Positions 41,377-52,421 of a stretch of DNA of 64,000 nt are shown piece after piece. A model generated the notes under the pieces. It had not been told where the DNA came from and did not search any database. It saw only the letters and a program-made list of their open reading frames with translations. Position 1 is the first letter of the stretch; each line of letters begins with the position of its first letter. The stretch is taken from the NCBI GenBank assembly GCA_050298055.1, contig JBNKTL010000004.1, positions 66,223 to 130,222 of the forward strand, read 5' to 3'. The stretch is from Spirochaetota bacterium (lineage in GTDB: Bacteria > Spirochaetota > UBA4802 > UBA5550). Both the position numbers and the translations under genes were made by a program.

Positions 41377-42788
41377 CGTGTACCGTCTTTTGTGTCCTCA
41401 AGAACAATTCCTTCCGCAAGGAGCATCTCCCGTATCTCATCCGCCCTGGCGAAGTCCTTTGCCTTTTTCGCGTCACGCCTCTCCCGGACCAGGTCTTCTA
41501 TTCTCTTCTCGTCAACTTCACCGGTTTCTTTTCCCGGGAAGAAGATAAATCCGAAAACAGAATCAATCCGGTTCAGTTCATCAATGATCCGGCTGCTGTC
41601 ACCGGGAGAGAGTTTATCCTCCGAAATGAGAGAGTTTATGCTGTGAACAAAGTCGAAGAGTATCCCCAGTCCCCCCGAAATATTCAGGTCATTGTCCACT
41701 GTCTCCACAAAGCTCCGGTTAAAGTCTTCGATGATTTTTTCCAGTTCCGGGTTGTCTCCGGCTGTTGACCTGTTGTCCCTGAGACGGACCACCAGGTTGT
41801 CAATTCTCGAAAGGGCGTGGCCGGCCTGTTCCAGCCCCTGGAGTGTGAAGTTGAGCTGCTTTTTATAGTGGGCGGAGAGCAGGAGGTACCTGATAGATCG
41901 TGCCGGGTAACCCTTTTGGAACAGGTCCCTGAGGGTATAGAAATTCCCTTTTGATTTTGACATCTTCGCTCCATCTACAAGAAGATGTTCAATATGTATC
42001 CAGTGCCTGACAAACTGTTCCCCGTACGCGGCTTCACTCTGGGCAATTTCATTTTCATGGTGGGGAAAAATGAGGTCCACACCTCCCGTATGGATATCGA
42101 TTGTTGTCCCGAATATCTGCCGTACCATGGCGGAGCATTCAATATGCCAGCCCGGTCTTCCGCGCCCCTCTGATATTTCCCACGATACGTCTCTGTCACT
42201 CTCCGCTTTCCAGAGGGCGAAGTCCCTAATGTCATCCTTTTCGTATTCGTCCGTATCGTAACGGAGTCCTGTCTTTATTTCCCTTTTATCAAGCCTGCTC
42301 AGTTTCCCGTAGTCATCAAATTTTGAAATACTGAAATAGAGAGACCCGTCCTTCTCGTAGACGATACCCTTTTCGTCAAGTTTCCGGATAATATCGGACA
42401 TTGCCTCAATTGAATCGGTTGCCCGGGGTGTGTGTTCTGTCCGCTGGATGTTCAGGTCGTTGCAGTTCTCCATGAATATATCGGAATATTTTGTAGTATA
42501 CTCCCTGAGGGATATCTTTTCTTCCCTGGCCCCGGCGATTGTCTTGTCATCCACATCGGTAATATTCATGGCATGGTCAACACGGAAGCCCCTGAATTTC
42601 AGGTATCTCCTGAGAAAATCATTAAATACGAAAGTCCGGAAGTTGCCGATATGCGCGTAACTGTACACGGTGGGACCGCATGAGTATATGGTTACCGGGG
42701 GGTAATCTTCAATTTTCTCTTTCTCAATGCCGCCGGGTATAAGCCTGTCAACGGTTCCGGTAAGTGTGTTGTATATTTTCAGGGTCAC
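41358..42788 (-). CDS. cysS: Cysteine--tRNA ligase
   Basis: YSCGPTVY, HIGN, GRPGWHIECS, FPHHENE and KMSKS. Confidence 0.97.
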   Translation of the reverse strand: MTLKIYNTLTGTVDRLIPGGIEKEKIEDYPPVTIYSCGPTVYSYAHIGNFRTFVFNDFLRRYLKFRGFRVDHAMNITDVDDKTIAGAREEKISLREYTTKYSDIFMENCNDLNIQRTEHTPRATDSIEAMSDIIRKLDEKGIVYEKDGSLYFSISKFDDYGKLSRLDKREIKTGLRYDTDEYEKDDIRDFALWKAESDRDVSWEISEGRGRPGWHIECSAMVRQIFGTTIDIHTGGVDLIFPHHENEIAQSEAAYGEQFVRHWIHIEHLLVDGAKMSKSKGNFYTLRDLFQKGYPARSIRYLLLSAHYKKQLNFTLQGLEQAGHALSRIDNLVVRLRDNRSTAGDNPELEKIIEDFNRSFVETVDNDLNISGGLGILFDFVHSINSLISEDKLSPGDSSRIIDELNRIDSVFGFIFFPGKETGEVDEKRIEDLVRERRDAKKAKDFARADEIREMLLAEGIVLEDTKDGTRWIKKK

Positions 42789-42853
42789 GCCATCCAGTCA
42801 AAAGTTATCCGCACTGTTGTCAAATATTTTTTAAGGTCGGGGATTGCGGTTTT

Positions 42854-43348
42854 CTATTCATTGGGGAGGACGACTTCTTCTACTTCTTCATAAACAGACT
42901 CTACGATATCCTCGGTCTCTGCTGCCGGCCTGAATGTAATATCGGCGGGGATTTCTATTTCGTCGAGCCTCTCCTGGTTTGCGTTGATATAGGCGATGAA
43001 CATGTGGAGCTTTTTTATATATTCAATGAGTTCTTTCAGTTTTATATTTTTTCTCTCGATGGTTTTTTTTGATTCTTCCGCGAGTTTTCTGAGTAACACG
43101 GTCTGTTTCCTGAGTTTTGCCTGAAGTGATATGGCAGCATCATAGTATTCCCTGTTGACTTTCTGGAAATCTATTCTGGCAAGAACAACTTCGTCTTTGT
43201 CCTTCTCTTTCTCAATAGATTCAAGGATCTCGTTGAGTTCCTTCATGGAGAAGAGGTCATCGGCGGATGTCTGTATCCATTTCTTGCCCTCTTCATCCGT
43301 GAATTCCGTAAGGTCAGGTATAATATCTCTCTTGATTCCCTTTTTCAT
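42854..43348 (-). CDS. Hypothetical coiled-coil protein
   Basis: 164 aa charged ORF with no recognised motif. Confidence 0.7.
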   Translation of the reverse strand: MKKGIKRDIIPDLTEFTDEEGKKWIQTSADDLFSMKELNEILESIEKEKDKDEVVLARIDFQKVNREYYDAAISLQAKLRKQTVLLRKLAEESKKTIERKNIKLKELIEYIKKLHMFIAYINANQERLDEIEIPADITFRPAAETEDIVESVYEEVEEVVLPNE

Positions 43349-43435
43349 AATATTATATAGATACTTCTCTTTCTCTGAATTTCGGCTAATTTTTTATAAA
43401 ATAATACTTATTTTTTGTCAATACTTAGTGTTATA

Positions 43436-43666
43436 ATGACTGTTCAATTATATGGATAAAAATATACAGATTCCTGGAAATAATAATAATCTGAACTTTA
43501 AAATCCCCCGGCCTTCGGCTCCCCCTTTATTAAAGGGGGAAAGATTGCGGCAAGAGCCCCCCTTTATTAAAGGGGGAGAGGGGGGATTTAATAAGAAAAT
43601 ATTACCTGATTATTATTGACAGAAAATTGATGAAAAAAATACTATATTTAATAGCTGAGTAGTCGC
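43436..43666. repeat. Degenerate GTAACTA(C/T)TCAGCT-ended element enclosing CCCCCTTTATTAAAGGGGG palindromes
   Basis: Left end ATGACTGTTCAATTATAT (43436), right end ATAGCTGAGTAGTCGC (43651..43666). Internal AAATCCCCC...(CCCCCTTTATTAAAGGGGG)x2...GGGGGATTT at 43501..43589. Confidence 0.6.
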
Positions 43667-43667
43667 G

Positions 43668-44624
43668 TTGAATAATGAGATTATTAATATGATAACTGAA
43701 ATTAAGTATTCCGAAGAACTTGTGGACCACCTGGGAAGTCTGGGAACTGCAAGATTCAATGAACCGTTGAAGAATTACACGACGTTTAAATGCGGGGGGA
43801 ATGCCGATATCCTTATCTATCCTGAAAAGAGGGAGAATATTTCAAAAATAATCAAGGCGGCATGGGAAGAGAGGGTCCCCGTTACGGTCATTGGCGGAGG
43901 CTCAAACCTTCTTGTCGGTGACAAGGGAATACGGGGTATTGTACTGAGGATAAGCGATGATTCTCTTGTAAGCAGTACCTTGAGTATCCGGGATGACGGT
44001 ATAATATATGCCGATGCGTCGGTGCCAAAAGACAAGTTTATCGACTTTGTTATTGAAGCAGGCTATAAGGGGATAGAATTTATGGCCGGTATCCCCGGAT
44101 CTATGGGCGGTGGAATTATTATGAATGCGGGAACGGACACAGGTTCTTTTATTGATATCCTCCACAGTGTAAAGATTGTATCCGAAAAAGGGGAAGAGAA
44201 GTGCATTTCCGCAGAGAGTGATATGTCTTCCTACAGGTCATTTGATGCGGGAAAAGGCTCTATTGTTACCGGCGGATATTTCAATCTCAGTAAGACGAAC
44301 AGTCGGGAAAATTTAAGAAAGAGGGTGGATGCCATTCTTCAGGAGAGAAAATTAAAGCATCCTCTGCACCTTCCGTCAGCAGGTTCTGTCTTTAAAAATC
44401 CCGAAGGATTTTCATCATGGAAGTTGATTGATGATGCGGGGCTCAAGTGTAAAAGGATTGGAGGGGCCATGGTTTCGGATATGCATACAAACTTTATTGT
44501 AAATGTTGAGAATGCTTCGTCAGCCGATATTAAGAGCCTCATTGAGGATATTCAGGAGACAGTCTACAGGATGTTTGAAGTAAAACTTGAAACCGAGATA
44601 AGGATGATAGGAGAATTCAACTGA
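43668..44624 (+). CDS. murB: UDP-N-acetylmuramate dehydrogenase
   Basis: YTTFKCGG, IGGGSNLL, GIPGSMGG..MNAG, SAGSVFKNP and HTNF. The start could also be the ATG at 43689. Confidence 0.95.
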   Translation: MNNEIINMITEIKYSEELVDHLGSLGTARFNEPLKNYTTFKCGGNADILIYPEKRENISKIIKAAWEERVPVTVIGGGSNLLVGDKGIRGIVLRISDDSLVSSTLSIRDDGIIYADASVPKDKFIDFVIEAGYKGIEFMAGIPGSMGGGIIMNAGTDTGSFIDILHSVKIVSEKGEEKCISAESDMSSYRSFDAGKGSIVTGGYFNLSKTNSRENLRKRVDAILQERKLKHPLHLPSAGSVFKNPEGFSSWKLIDDAGLKCKRIGGAMVSDMHTNFIVNVENASSADIKSLIEDIQETVYRMFEVKLETEIRMIGEFN

Positions 44625-44629
44625 CAGGT

Positions 44630-46237
44630 TTACCATTTTTTCTTTAAACCGAAGGAGAGGTTATACCCGGATTCACCGGTTGAGAAGAGATAATCCTTCC
44701 CGTAACTGATATAAACTTCAAACTGATCGAGGACTATGATCCTCAACACCGGACCCGCAACAATACCCGCTTGTCTTCCCGTAAGATCATAACCTGATCC
44801 CTTGAAAAGAGTCCCGTCAAGATACAATCCCATATAGACATATTCTCTGAGTATGGATGTCCGCAGTTCGTTTGCCACTGACCCGATATTCCGTGAATAA
44901 TAGGACCTGTTCATGAAACCTTTAAAACTCCCTGAGCTTACGGCTTTTTCATGATAAAAAGGAACGTCACCCCATAACCTGTTGTATTCGGGCACAACCT
45001 GGTAAATTGTCTTTCCGGGCAGCCTGAATTCCGATTCTCCCATAATTTTTATTTCATGAAATATTCTGTTCCGGTAATAGTAGCTGTATGTTGCCTGAAG
45101 TTTCTGACTTGAAGGTTTCAGGTAATCAAAGGGAGTTCTGCTTAAAACCATCCCCAGTTCCATAAAGGGTATTTTCTGCACTCCTTCTTCAATAATAACC
45201 TGGCCGGTCCTCTCTTCGTCGTATGAACTGTCAAACTGAATATTATGCTCAATGCCAGAGCCCGTAAATAACTCAAATCTTTTCAACAGAGTGATTCCCG
45301 GGGCAAATACGGATCGTATCAGCCAGTAATCATAGGTAAGAATTCCCAGGTCATCCCGTGATGATTTTGATCTGTATATATTGCTGTACATATGTGGTGT
45401 AAAGATTTTCCGGAATAGAGGGGAAAAATAGTAACTTACATCAACCTGGAAGAACTTCATATGGGGCGGGTTTTTAAATTCTCTGTCAAGGCCGTACATT
45501 ATTCCCGCGGAGGTGCCTGCTTTAAACCTGTCATCAGGGGCGAATAAACCATAATTGTAATAGCTTACTCCCGGGATCAGTCCATTGGTGTAACTGGAAC
45601 GGAGGTGATAATCCACATATCCTTTTTTCCTTTTCTCCCGTGAAGTTTTTTTGCCGGAAATATAAAATTCAAGGTGGAACCGGTTCCCGTATTTGCTGAA
45701 AAACGGCAGCTGGGTTTCTCCGATAACGGGCAGGTTGAGTTTTCTATCGAGCTGAAAGTAGGATTTATCATAACTTTCCGATGGAATTAACCTGTAGCTA
45801 ACTTCCGGGAAATTTTCTTTCTTTTTGATTTCACGGACGATTCTTTCCACCCTTTTAATATTGAAAACATCTTCCTTCAGCCTGTACCTGTATTTTAACT
45901 TCAGTGTTTTCAGGGTATCAATATTGAGAAAAACGATCCTTCCAAGATTTCCTTCATCTATATAGAGTGACAGTTTTTCCCTGTTATTTTCTCTCACGTA
46001 AATTTTTACAATTGTGTAGCCCCGGGAAATATAAAATTTCCTTATTTTCCTGATGATCTCTTGCGCGGGTAAACCGGTGAGAGGTCTTTCGGGAAGGGAA
46101 AGTGTCTTAATAATTTCATTATCCCTGAATATCTTCATCCCGGTTAATAACAGGGATCTTTCTGCCGTATATGCTTCAATGGCGGTAGATGTAAATACAA
46201 GGAGAAGGAAAATCTTTAACAGGTTTCTCTTAATCAT
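44630..46237 (-). CDS. POTRA-containing Omp85/BamA-TamA-like outer-membrane protein
   Basis: N-terminal POTRA-like IRKFYISRGY...LYIDEG; beta-strand C-terminus ending in W. Confidence 0.6.
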   Translation of the reverse strand: MIKRNLLKIFLLLVFTSTAIEAYTAERSLLLTGMKIFRDNEIIKTLSLPERPLTGLPAQEIIRKIRKFYISRGYTIVKIYVRENNREKLSLYIDEGNLGRIVFLNIDTLKTLKLKYRYRLKEDVFNIKRVERIVREIKKKENFPEVSYRLIPSESYDKSYFQLDRKLNLPVIGETQLPFFSKYGNRFHLEFYISGKKTSREKRKKGYVDYHLRSSYTNGLIPGVSYYNYGLFAPDDRFKAGTSAGIMYGLDREFKNPPHMKFFQVDVSYYFSPLFRKIFTPHMYSNIYRSKSSRDDLGILTYDYWLIRSVFAPGITLLKRFELFTGSGIEHNIQFDSSYDEERTGQVIIEEGVQKIPFMELGMVLSRTPFDYLKPSSQKLQATYSYYYRNRIFHEIKIMGESEFRLPGKTIYQVVPEYNRLWGDVPFYHEKAVSSGSFKGFMNRSYYSRNIGSVANELRTSILREYVYMGLYLDGTLFKGSGYDLTGRQAGIVAGPVLRIIVLDQFEVYISYGKDYLFSTGESGYNLSFGLKKKW

Positions 46238-46349
46238 AGCGAGGGTTATCAGTTTAATATCTGCTCGTCAAGCCGAACATAATCTAAATAATTGCAATAC
46301 CCGGGGTATCCTGATAACTTTGTATTTAAAATGGTAGTACGAAGATATT

Positions 46350-46643
46350 TTATGAACAGTAATTGGTTTTAATTGTTTTCATTAATGTTGTGATTTGTTC
46401 ATCCTTCAGGGAATAAAACATGAAGTTGGCTTCTTTTCTTCGGCTGATGATATCCGCTTTTCTGAGAACAGTAAGATGTTGAGAGATATTGGAAATTGTT
46501 GATCCAAACTGTGTCTCAATTTCTCCAACATTCTTTTCTCCTTCCATGAGATAGCAGAGAATTTTCAACCGTATAGGATGAGCCATGGATTTTAACATTT
46601 CTGAAATTGTGTCAATCTGTGTATCTGAGAATATGATATTCAT
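46350..46643 (-). CDS. ArsR/SmtB family regulator (HlyU/BigR-like)
   Basis: LKSMAHPIRLKILC, EKNVGEI, ISQHL, and C-terminal YC. Confidence 0.88.
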   Translation of the reverse strand: MNIIFSDTQIDTISEMLKSMAHPIRLKILCYLMEGEKNVGEIETQFGSTISNISQHLTVLRKADIISRRKEANFMFYSLKDEQITTLMKTIKTNYCS

Positions 46644-46746
46644 TTGCCGATAGTATTACATCTATTTTAGTATTTTTTTATATATTAAATTCCCTGTTGG
46701 ATTTGTCAATTTATTTTTAAATTTAAATGAGAGAAGACCTGTAAAA

Positions 46747-47061
46747 TTAAGCGGATTTTCTTTTAAATTCTGTTTTGGTATCCGGTGTGAAATATTCCAT
46801 GATATTCAGCAATATAAGGATTTTTTCAACTGTTAGGGAGATTCTCAGCAGAAGAATGTTCCCTCTTAATATGAGATGGTGTTTCGCATGTATTAAGAAT
46901 CCCACAAATGATGAGTGCATATTAATTGTCTGGGTGAGATCAAAAATGATATTTTTACCCGACATCTCCTTTTCAAACCTGTCACTGAAAGAGGAAACAT
47001 CTTCAAACCTGATATCTTCCGGAAACGTCCATGTTTCCCATGTATTAATATCTTTCTTCAA
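46747..47061 (-). CDS. STAS domain protein
   Basis: IIFDLTQTINMHSSFVGFL pattern. Confidence 0.7.
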   Translation of the reverse strand: MKKDINTWETWTFPEDIRFEDVSSFSDRFEKEMSGKNIIFDLTQTINMHSSFVGFLIHAKHHLILRGNILLLRISLTVEKILILLNIMEYFTPDTKTEFKRKSA

Positions 47062-47345
47062 TTTTTTGTCCCCTTTTAATCCCTTAATCGAGGTATTTGC
47101 TCTTTAACCGGACGGGTGCCGGTATTATTATTTTCGTCCGGATTTTAATTATTATAAAGGAAAAAAGGCAGAGATCTGATATTTAATAATCTTACACTTT
47201 CCCCATATCTCCTTTCTTACACATCTTTCTTGTTCTCGGTGTCAGATTTGAATTCGGGACATACAGTTTTTTCATCGTAGTAAAATACTTGAAAAAAGCG
47301 GCATATTAGTTTTTTTTGTATTAAAAAAGATAAAGGTCAAAAACT

Positions 47346-49055
47346 GTGAAACTGGTTAAAGGAAATGATGAGAATATAAGGCATGTTAAAGCTGATTGGG
47401 ACCACCTGAGAAAGCTCTTTATCATGCCCGACACATCGGATAAATTTATTGAGTTCGGACAGGACCTCCTTGATCTGATCCACAGCTTTTTTCAGGACAA
47501 AGGCGGTATCCACAGTGCGATTTCAATACCTGAGCTCCAAAAACTCTTTTCCGATATCCATATACCCCAGAGCCCTCATCTCCTGAAGGATGTTTTGGGA
47601 GAAATCAAAAATAAGATCATTGCGCATTCGGTAAAGGTTGGAAATCCCTATTACATCGGGCATATGACCAGTGCCATACCCTATTTTATGATACTCATAC
47701 AGATGATCATTACCGCACTGAACCAGAACCAGGTGAAAATAGAATCGGCAAAAGCATCTACTTTTGTCGAACGTGAATATATTTCATGGATGCACCGCCT
47801 GATATACAATAAAAGTGAGGATTTTTACAGGGAAAATATTCAGAATCATGAGGTCTCACTGGGCAACATCACCCTTGACGGTACTATGGCAAATCTCACT
47901 GCCATGCTTGTTGCGCGAAACAAGGCCTTCCCCCCTGAAGGGAGATTTCCCGGAATACGGAAAGCGGGACTCCATGAGGCATTCCGGTATTACAACTGTA
48001 AGAAGGCGGTCATCCTGGTGTCCAGGAGAGGGCACTATTCATTTGACAAGATTGCCAGGATCATGGGGATAGGGGATGAAAACTGCATCAAAATCCATGT
48101 GGGGCAGAAGGACAAGATCGATATACGGGAAGTGGAAAAAACCGTAAGTGATATTAAGAGAGCGAATAGTACCGGTGGCGGGAAGATAAAGATCATCTCC
48201 CTGGTGGGGATAGCGGGAACAACTGAGACAGGAAATATCGACAACCTTACCGAACTTGCAAACATTGCCGGAAAAAATGATATCTATTATCATGTGGATG
48301 CCGCGTGGGGCGGGGCCGTTCTCCTTGTTGACGATTTCAGATATCTGCTCAAGGGTATTGAAAGGGCCGATTCCGCCGCAATTGATGCGCACAAGCTTCT
48401 CTACTCTCCCGTTTCCATGGGAATGGTTTTCTTTAAAGATAAGCATGACCTCGTGAACCTCAAACACTCTTCCAATTATATCATCAGGACAGATTCTGTT
48501 GATCTGGGAAGGTTCTCCATAGAGGGGTCCCGGCCATTTTCTTCACTGGTACCCTGGACGGCCATGAAGATCCTTGGCAGGGACGGTTTCAAGATAATCT
48601 TTGAACATGCCTTTGAGCTGACATCTTCTCTCAGGGGGATTGTTGAAAGGCACTGCAATTTTGAGCCCATGAACCACCCGGAACTTTTCATATTCAACTA
48701 CAGGTTTGTTCCCAAGGAGGTCTCTGAAAAACTGAATTCACTGATGCTGAAGCTGGGTGGAACAGACACGAAGAAGGACCCGGCAAACAGGGAGAGAATA
48801 AGAAAGATAAACAGTGTCCTCAATGACCTGAACATAGACCTTCATAAAGCTGCCCGGGATGAGGACAACAGCTTTGTTTCCCGGACGACAATTGATTCTC
48901 CTCTCTATTTCTACCAGAGAATTGTGATACTCAGGTCAGTGACAATAAATCCCCTGACCACCCCCCGAATACTCAAAGAGATCTTAAATGAGCAGGATAA
49001 GCTCGGCCTCAGGATCTATAACAGTGATTACCGGGACAGGTTTAATGAAATTTAG
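47346..49055 (+). CDS. panP: PLP-dependent group II decarboxylase, PanP-like aspartate 1-decarboxylase
   Basis: YIGHMTSA, LNQNQVKIE, GTMANLTA, GHYS, GIAGTTETG, HVDAAWGG, DAHK (PLP lysine) and EGSRP. Confidence 0.8.
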   Translation: MKLVKGNDENIRHVKADWDHLRKLFIMPDTSDKFIEFGQDLLDLIHSFFQDKGGIHSAISIPELQKLFSDIHIPQSPHLLKDVLGEIKNKIIAHSVKVGNPYYIGHMTSAIPYFMILIQMIITALNQNQVKIESAKASTFVEREYISWMHRLIYNKSEDFYRENIQNHEVSLGNITLDGTMANLTAMLVARNKAFPPEGRFPGIRKAGLHEAFRYYNCKKAVILVSRRGHYSFDKIARIMGIGDENCIKIHVGQKDKIDIREVEKTVSDIKRANSTGGGKIKIISLVGIAGTTETGNIDNLTELANIAGKNDIYYHVDAAWGGAVLLVDDFRYLLKGIERADSAAIDAHKLLYSPVSMGMVFFKDKHDLVNLKHSSNYIIRTDSVDLGRFSIEGSRPFSSLVPWTAMKILGRDGFKIIFEHAFELTSSLRGIVERHCNFEPMNHPELFIFNYRFVPKEVSEKLNSLMLKLGGTDTKKDPANRERIRKINSVLNDLNIDLHKAARDEDNSFVSRTTIDSPLYFYQRIVILRSVTINPLTTPRILKEILNEQDKLGLRIYNSDYRDRFNEI

Positions 49056-50109
49056 ACCTGCGGGACCATCTCTTCTTCTCTCCTTATTGCTGTCTTTTTC
49101 GGCAATCAATATTTTTGGTCCCTCCGTTCTTTACGCGGGGGGGCATGATAAATGCAGATGTCCTTATTTTATCTTTTCAGAGGGAAACATTTCAACAGGA
49201 ACGGGGAATGAAGAAAGGAAAGTTGAACTTTCGGGAGAGCTCCTGGCTTATGACTGTTCCGGGAAAAGCATCTACTATCTTACCGGGGCGGAGAGTGATG
49301 ATCCAAATGATGCCGGTCCCGTTGAAAGAAGCTTTCATCTGGGCTTTTTTCAACCAGGAAATGAAGGGGAGGAGAGAAAATTCGCAGCAGAAATTAAGCT
49401 TCTGCACGCCAAAGGGGGTGCTTTTAAGGTTATTGCCCGGGGAGAAAATGTCTTTATACTCAATGGTTCCGGTATCCTCTACCATGTTAACTTAAACAGC
49501 ATGGCTGTTTCACAGCGAGAAGGGGTTTCTGACGCGGCACTGGCGGGCATGACCCTTGTTTTACTTAAAGAAGAGGGGCGTGTCCTGAATATAAACGGAA
49601 AACATCTTCCGCTGACAATTACGGGAAAGTCCAGGATTAAAAGTGTTGCCGATAACAGGCTTGTTTCACTGACAGATGGTGAGGAGACAGAGCTTGTGGA
49701 TACGCTTACCGGTGAAAGTGTTTACCAGTATTCATCAGAGGGGACCTATCTGGTTTCCCCTGAGTACAACCTTATTATCTCAGCCCATGAGGAGGTCCCG
49801 GAGATCTCCCGGCCGGGGACCCGGCCCATGGTTTTTTACAAGGTCTTTATTGATGGTATTGAAACCGGCCGGACAGAAACAGGTATAAGCGGCGCGGAAA
49901 AGTTTCTCCGGACACGTGTGACTCCCGGCGGGTATCACGTTGTAAGGCTTGAACGATGGGAACTGAAGAGAAACAGGTACCGGCGGTCAAACAACCTCTA
50001 CCAGCCTGAAAGCTTAAGGATCTATCTGCCCCTGAAAAGAACAATAAAGCTTGAAGTGAAATATAACGGTTCACATTACAGCTTCAGTAAACGGGCTCTG
50101 AAAAAGTAA
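49045..50109 (+). CDS. Hypothetical exported protein
   Basis: The ATG at 49045 gives a signal peptide (MKFRPAGPSLLLSLLLSF); the C-terminus has a PEGA-like VFIDGIETGRT. Confidence 0.65.
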   Translation: MKFRPAGPSLLLSLLLSFSAINIFGPSVLYAGGHDKCRCPYFIFSEGNISTGTGNEERKVELSGELLAYDCSGKSIYYLTGAESDDPNDAGPVERSFHLGFFQPGNEGEERKFAAEIKLLHAKGGAFKVIARGENVFILNGSGILYHVNLNSMAVSQREGVSDAALAGMTLVLLKEEGRVLNINGKHLPLTITGKSRIKSVADNRLVSLTDGEETELVDTLTGESVYQYSSEGTYLVSPEYNLIISAHEEVPEISRPGTRPMVFYKVFIDGIETGRTETGISGAEKFLRTRVTPGGYHVVRLERWELKRNRYRRSNNLYQPESLRIYLPLKRTIKLEVKYNGSHYSFSKRALKK

Positions 50110-50171
50110 TTTTATTTTACCCTATTGTCATTGACAAATGAGCTTTTACCCCTTATGTAAGGTCCAGGATT

Positions 50172-52334
50172 ATGAAAAAATCATTTATTATTCTCTCTGT
50201 CACATTATTGATCCCAGTTGCCGGCTGCAAGCATGAACCGGTCAGGAAGGAGCCGTCCCCGGCATATAAGGACTCCCGCAGTAAAGTCCCCGGCTCAATG
50301 GAGGAAATCTCCCGCAAGGATTCCTCCGGTGAGAGAGAATCAACGGACCTTCCTGACATTCGGCTGGAAGATCTTACGGTAAAGGAGGAGAAGATAAGCT
50401 GGACTTCTCCGGTGAATATCGATTACCGGCAGTATGAGAAGGGAGCCCCCCTTCGCCTTGTTGTACAGAACAGTCATTCGGACCGGATTAACGACCTTGC
50501 GGTCAGTCCCGACGGAAGGATCATTGTCACCGCCTCCTCGGACAGAAAAATCAAGATCTGGAGCATCGAGGGAACTCTCCTTAAAACCATGCAATACCCG
50601 GGTAAAAGGATCAGGAGGCTGATCATAACACCAGATGGCAGAAGGTTTGCCGCTTCTTTTAAAAACCGGCTGATGGTCTGGAGTATTGACGGCAGGGTCC
50701 TGAATACATTTGAAGGAAAGGATTATAATATCAGCGACATGAGCATCACCGGTGACGGGAAAAAAATTGTCACATGCACCGGTAAACGGTTTTTTGACAT
50801 CAGGGACCGGGACTTTAAACCGGTTAAAAGGAGAGAGACGGGCTCTGATATTGACAGGATTGCTGTAAGCCCTGACGGGAAGCTCATAGCAACGGGAGGC
50901 CCTGCCTACAGGACCGGTGAAGGATGGCGGTCATATTCGGCGCTCTGGAACGGGGGCGGAAAGTTCATAATGGACCTTGATATCGAAGGGGCCGGTTTTG
51001 GCCCCAGGTTTAAAAAGAGTGAGAGCAAAAACTCAACCGGTGATATTAAATGGATCGTATTCAGCCCGGACAGCAGGTATGTTGCAACTGTGGGTGAACG
51101 GCACTATATCAATATCAGAAAAACAGATGGAGAGCTTATTAAGAGTATTAAATTTACTTTTGCCAATAGTTGTTTCTTTTCCCATGACTCCCGTGAACTC
51201 ATTACTTCAGGGTCTCACCATGTCAAGATATTCAGTTTTAACGGCAGGGAGAAGCTGTCAATATACATGAGGTCCGGGAAGGAGAGGGGGAACGTTGTCT
51301 CCTGTTTCGGCATGACCCCCGACGGAAGAAGGTTCGTAACCGGGTTCAGCTATCCCGTGAAAGGCCTTGTCCGGATCTGGGGCAGGAAAGGAAGGATGAC
51401 CGGTTCATTGGGAAAAAGGAGCAGGGAGTTTAAAAGGGTGCTGCTGGACCCCGGCTTCAGCAGGATAATCCTGGAACCGGACAGGAGGAAGAGCATATCC
51501 TTTGTCTGGGACCTGAAGAACAATACCCTCAAAGAGCTGGATGAGAGAATAGGCTTTTACAATGACGGGACGGAATACTTCTACTATTACGGCCGTTACA
51601 ATGCCTTCAACATAAGGGGGAGCAGAGGGTCCGGTAAGTTTAAAACGAGTTATGGGGCGGGGATAATACCCCTTGCGGACGGCAGGTTTGCCAGGTGGAA
51701 TCCCTCCTCCGGTGCCGTGATTATCCATGACCTGAAGGAGAATCCTCTCAGAAGGATTAAATACAGGCATTACAGCACCTCGGGTATCGGGGGGCCTTTT
51801 TCCTATGGGACTGAATTCAGTCCCGATGGAAAGTACTTTCTGCTGGAGGACTATACCAATCACGGAAAGATGAACTTTGTCTCATTGATTGATATGAATG
51901 GAAAAAAAATCCGGGAATTAAATGCCGAAACAAAACTGGCCACAGCTTCGGTGAGCTTCGACGGCAACTACATTGCCGCGGGGAATGAAGACGGAACGAT
52001 CCGCATATGGTCACGGAACGGAAAAGAAATAAGAAAGATTGAAAATGTCTCCGTTGAGATCGACAGCCTCTTCTTCAGCGGAGGGAACAGGTATCTTGCC
52101 TCAACCTCTCAAGACAGAATGATAAGGATCTGGAATATTAAAACAGGGAAATTTCTCACTATACAGCTTTTCAATGATAACAGGTGGATTGCCTGCGATG
52201 AATCTATGAGGTATGATACTTCCCCCGGGGGGAGTGAATTTATCGCGTTTGTCAGGGGCCTGACTCCCTTTTCAGGGCCGGAGGTTGAAAAAAAATATAA
52301 AAGGCGCGGTCTGCTTACCCGCTTCTACAGATAA
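50172..52334 (+). CDS. WD40 repeat (beta-propeller) lipoprotein
   Basis: Lipobox VAGC; repeated SPDG...TASSDRKIKIW units. Confidence 0.88.
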   Translation: MKKSFIILSVTLLIPVAGCKHEPVRKEPSPAYKDSRSKVPGSMEEISRKDSSGERESTDLPDIRLEDLTVKEEKISWTSPVNIDYRQYEKGAPLRLVVQNSHSDRINDLAVSPDGRIIVTASSDRKIKIWSIEGTLLKTMQYPGKRIRRLIITPDGRRFAASFKNRLMVWSIDGRVLNTFEGKDYNISDMSITGDGKKIVTCTGKRFFDIRDRDFKPVKRRETGSDIDRIAVSPDGKLIATGGPAYRTGEGWRSYSALWNGGGKFIMDLDIEGAGFGPRFKKSESKNSTGDIKWIVFSPDSRYVATVGERHYINIRKTDGELIKSIKFTFANSCFFSHDSRELITSGSHHVKIFSFNGREKLSIYMRSGKERGNVVSCFGMTPDGRRFVTGFSYPVKGLVRIWGRKGRMTGSLGKRSREFKRVLLDPGFSRIILEPDRRKSISFVWDLKNNTLKELDERIGFYNDGTEYFYYYGRYNAFNIRGSRGSGKFKTSYGAGIIPLADGRFARWNPSSGAVIIHDLKENPLRRIKYRHYSTSGIGGPFSYGTEFSPDGKYFLLEDYTNHGKMNFVSLIDMNGKKIRELNAETKLATASVSFDGNYIAAGNEDGTIRIWSRNGKEIRKIENVSVEIDSLFFSGGNRYLASTSQDRMIRIWNIKTGKFLTIQLFNDNRWIACDESMRYDTSPGGSEFIAFVRGLTPFSGPEVEKKYKRRGLLTRFYR

Positions 52335-52366
52335 AAAAAGCATTATCCCCTCACGGGGGATAATGC
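52333..52366 (-). terminator. Intrinsic terminator downstream of fcpA
   Basis: GCATTATCCCC/GGGGATAATGC stem with an A7 run on the plus strand (U-tract on the minus strand). Confidence 0.8.
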
Positions 52367-52421
52367 CTGTTCCAATCTATTGTTAAGGGGTAGATGTTTA
52401 CTTAATTGAGTTAGCCGGCTG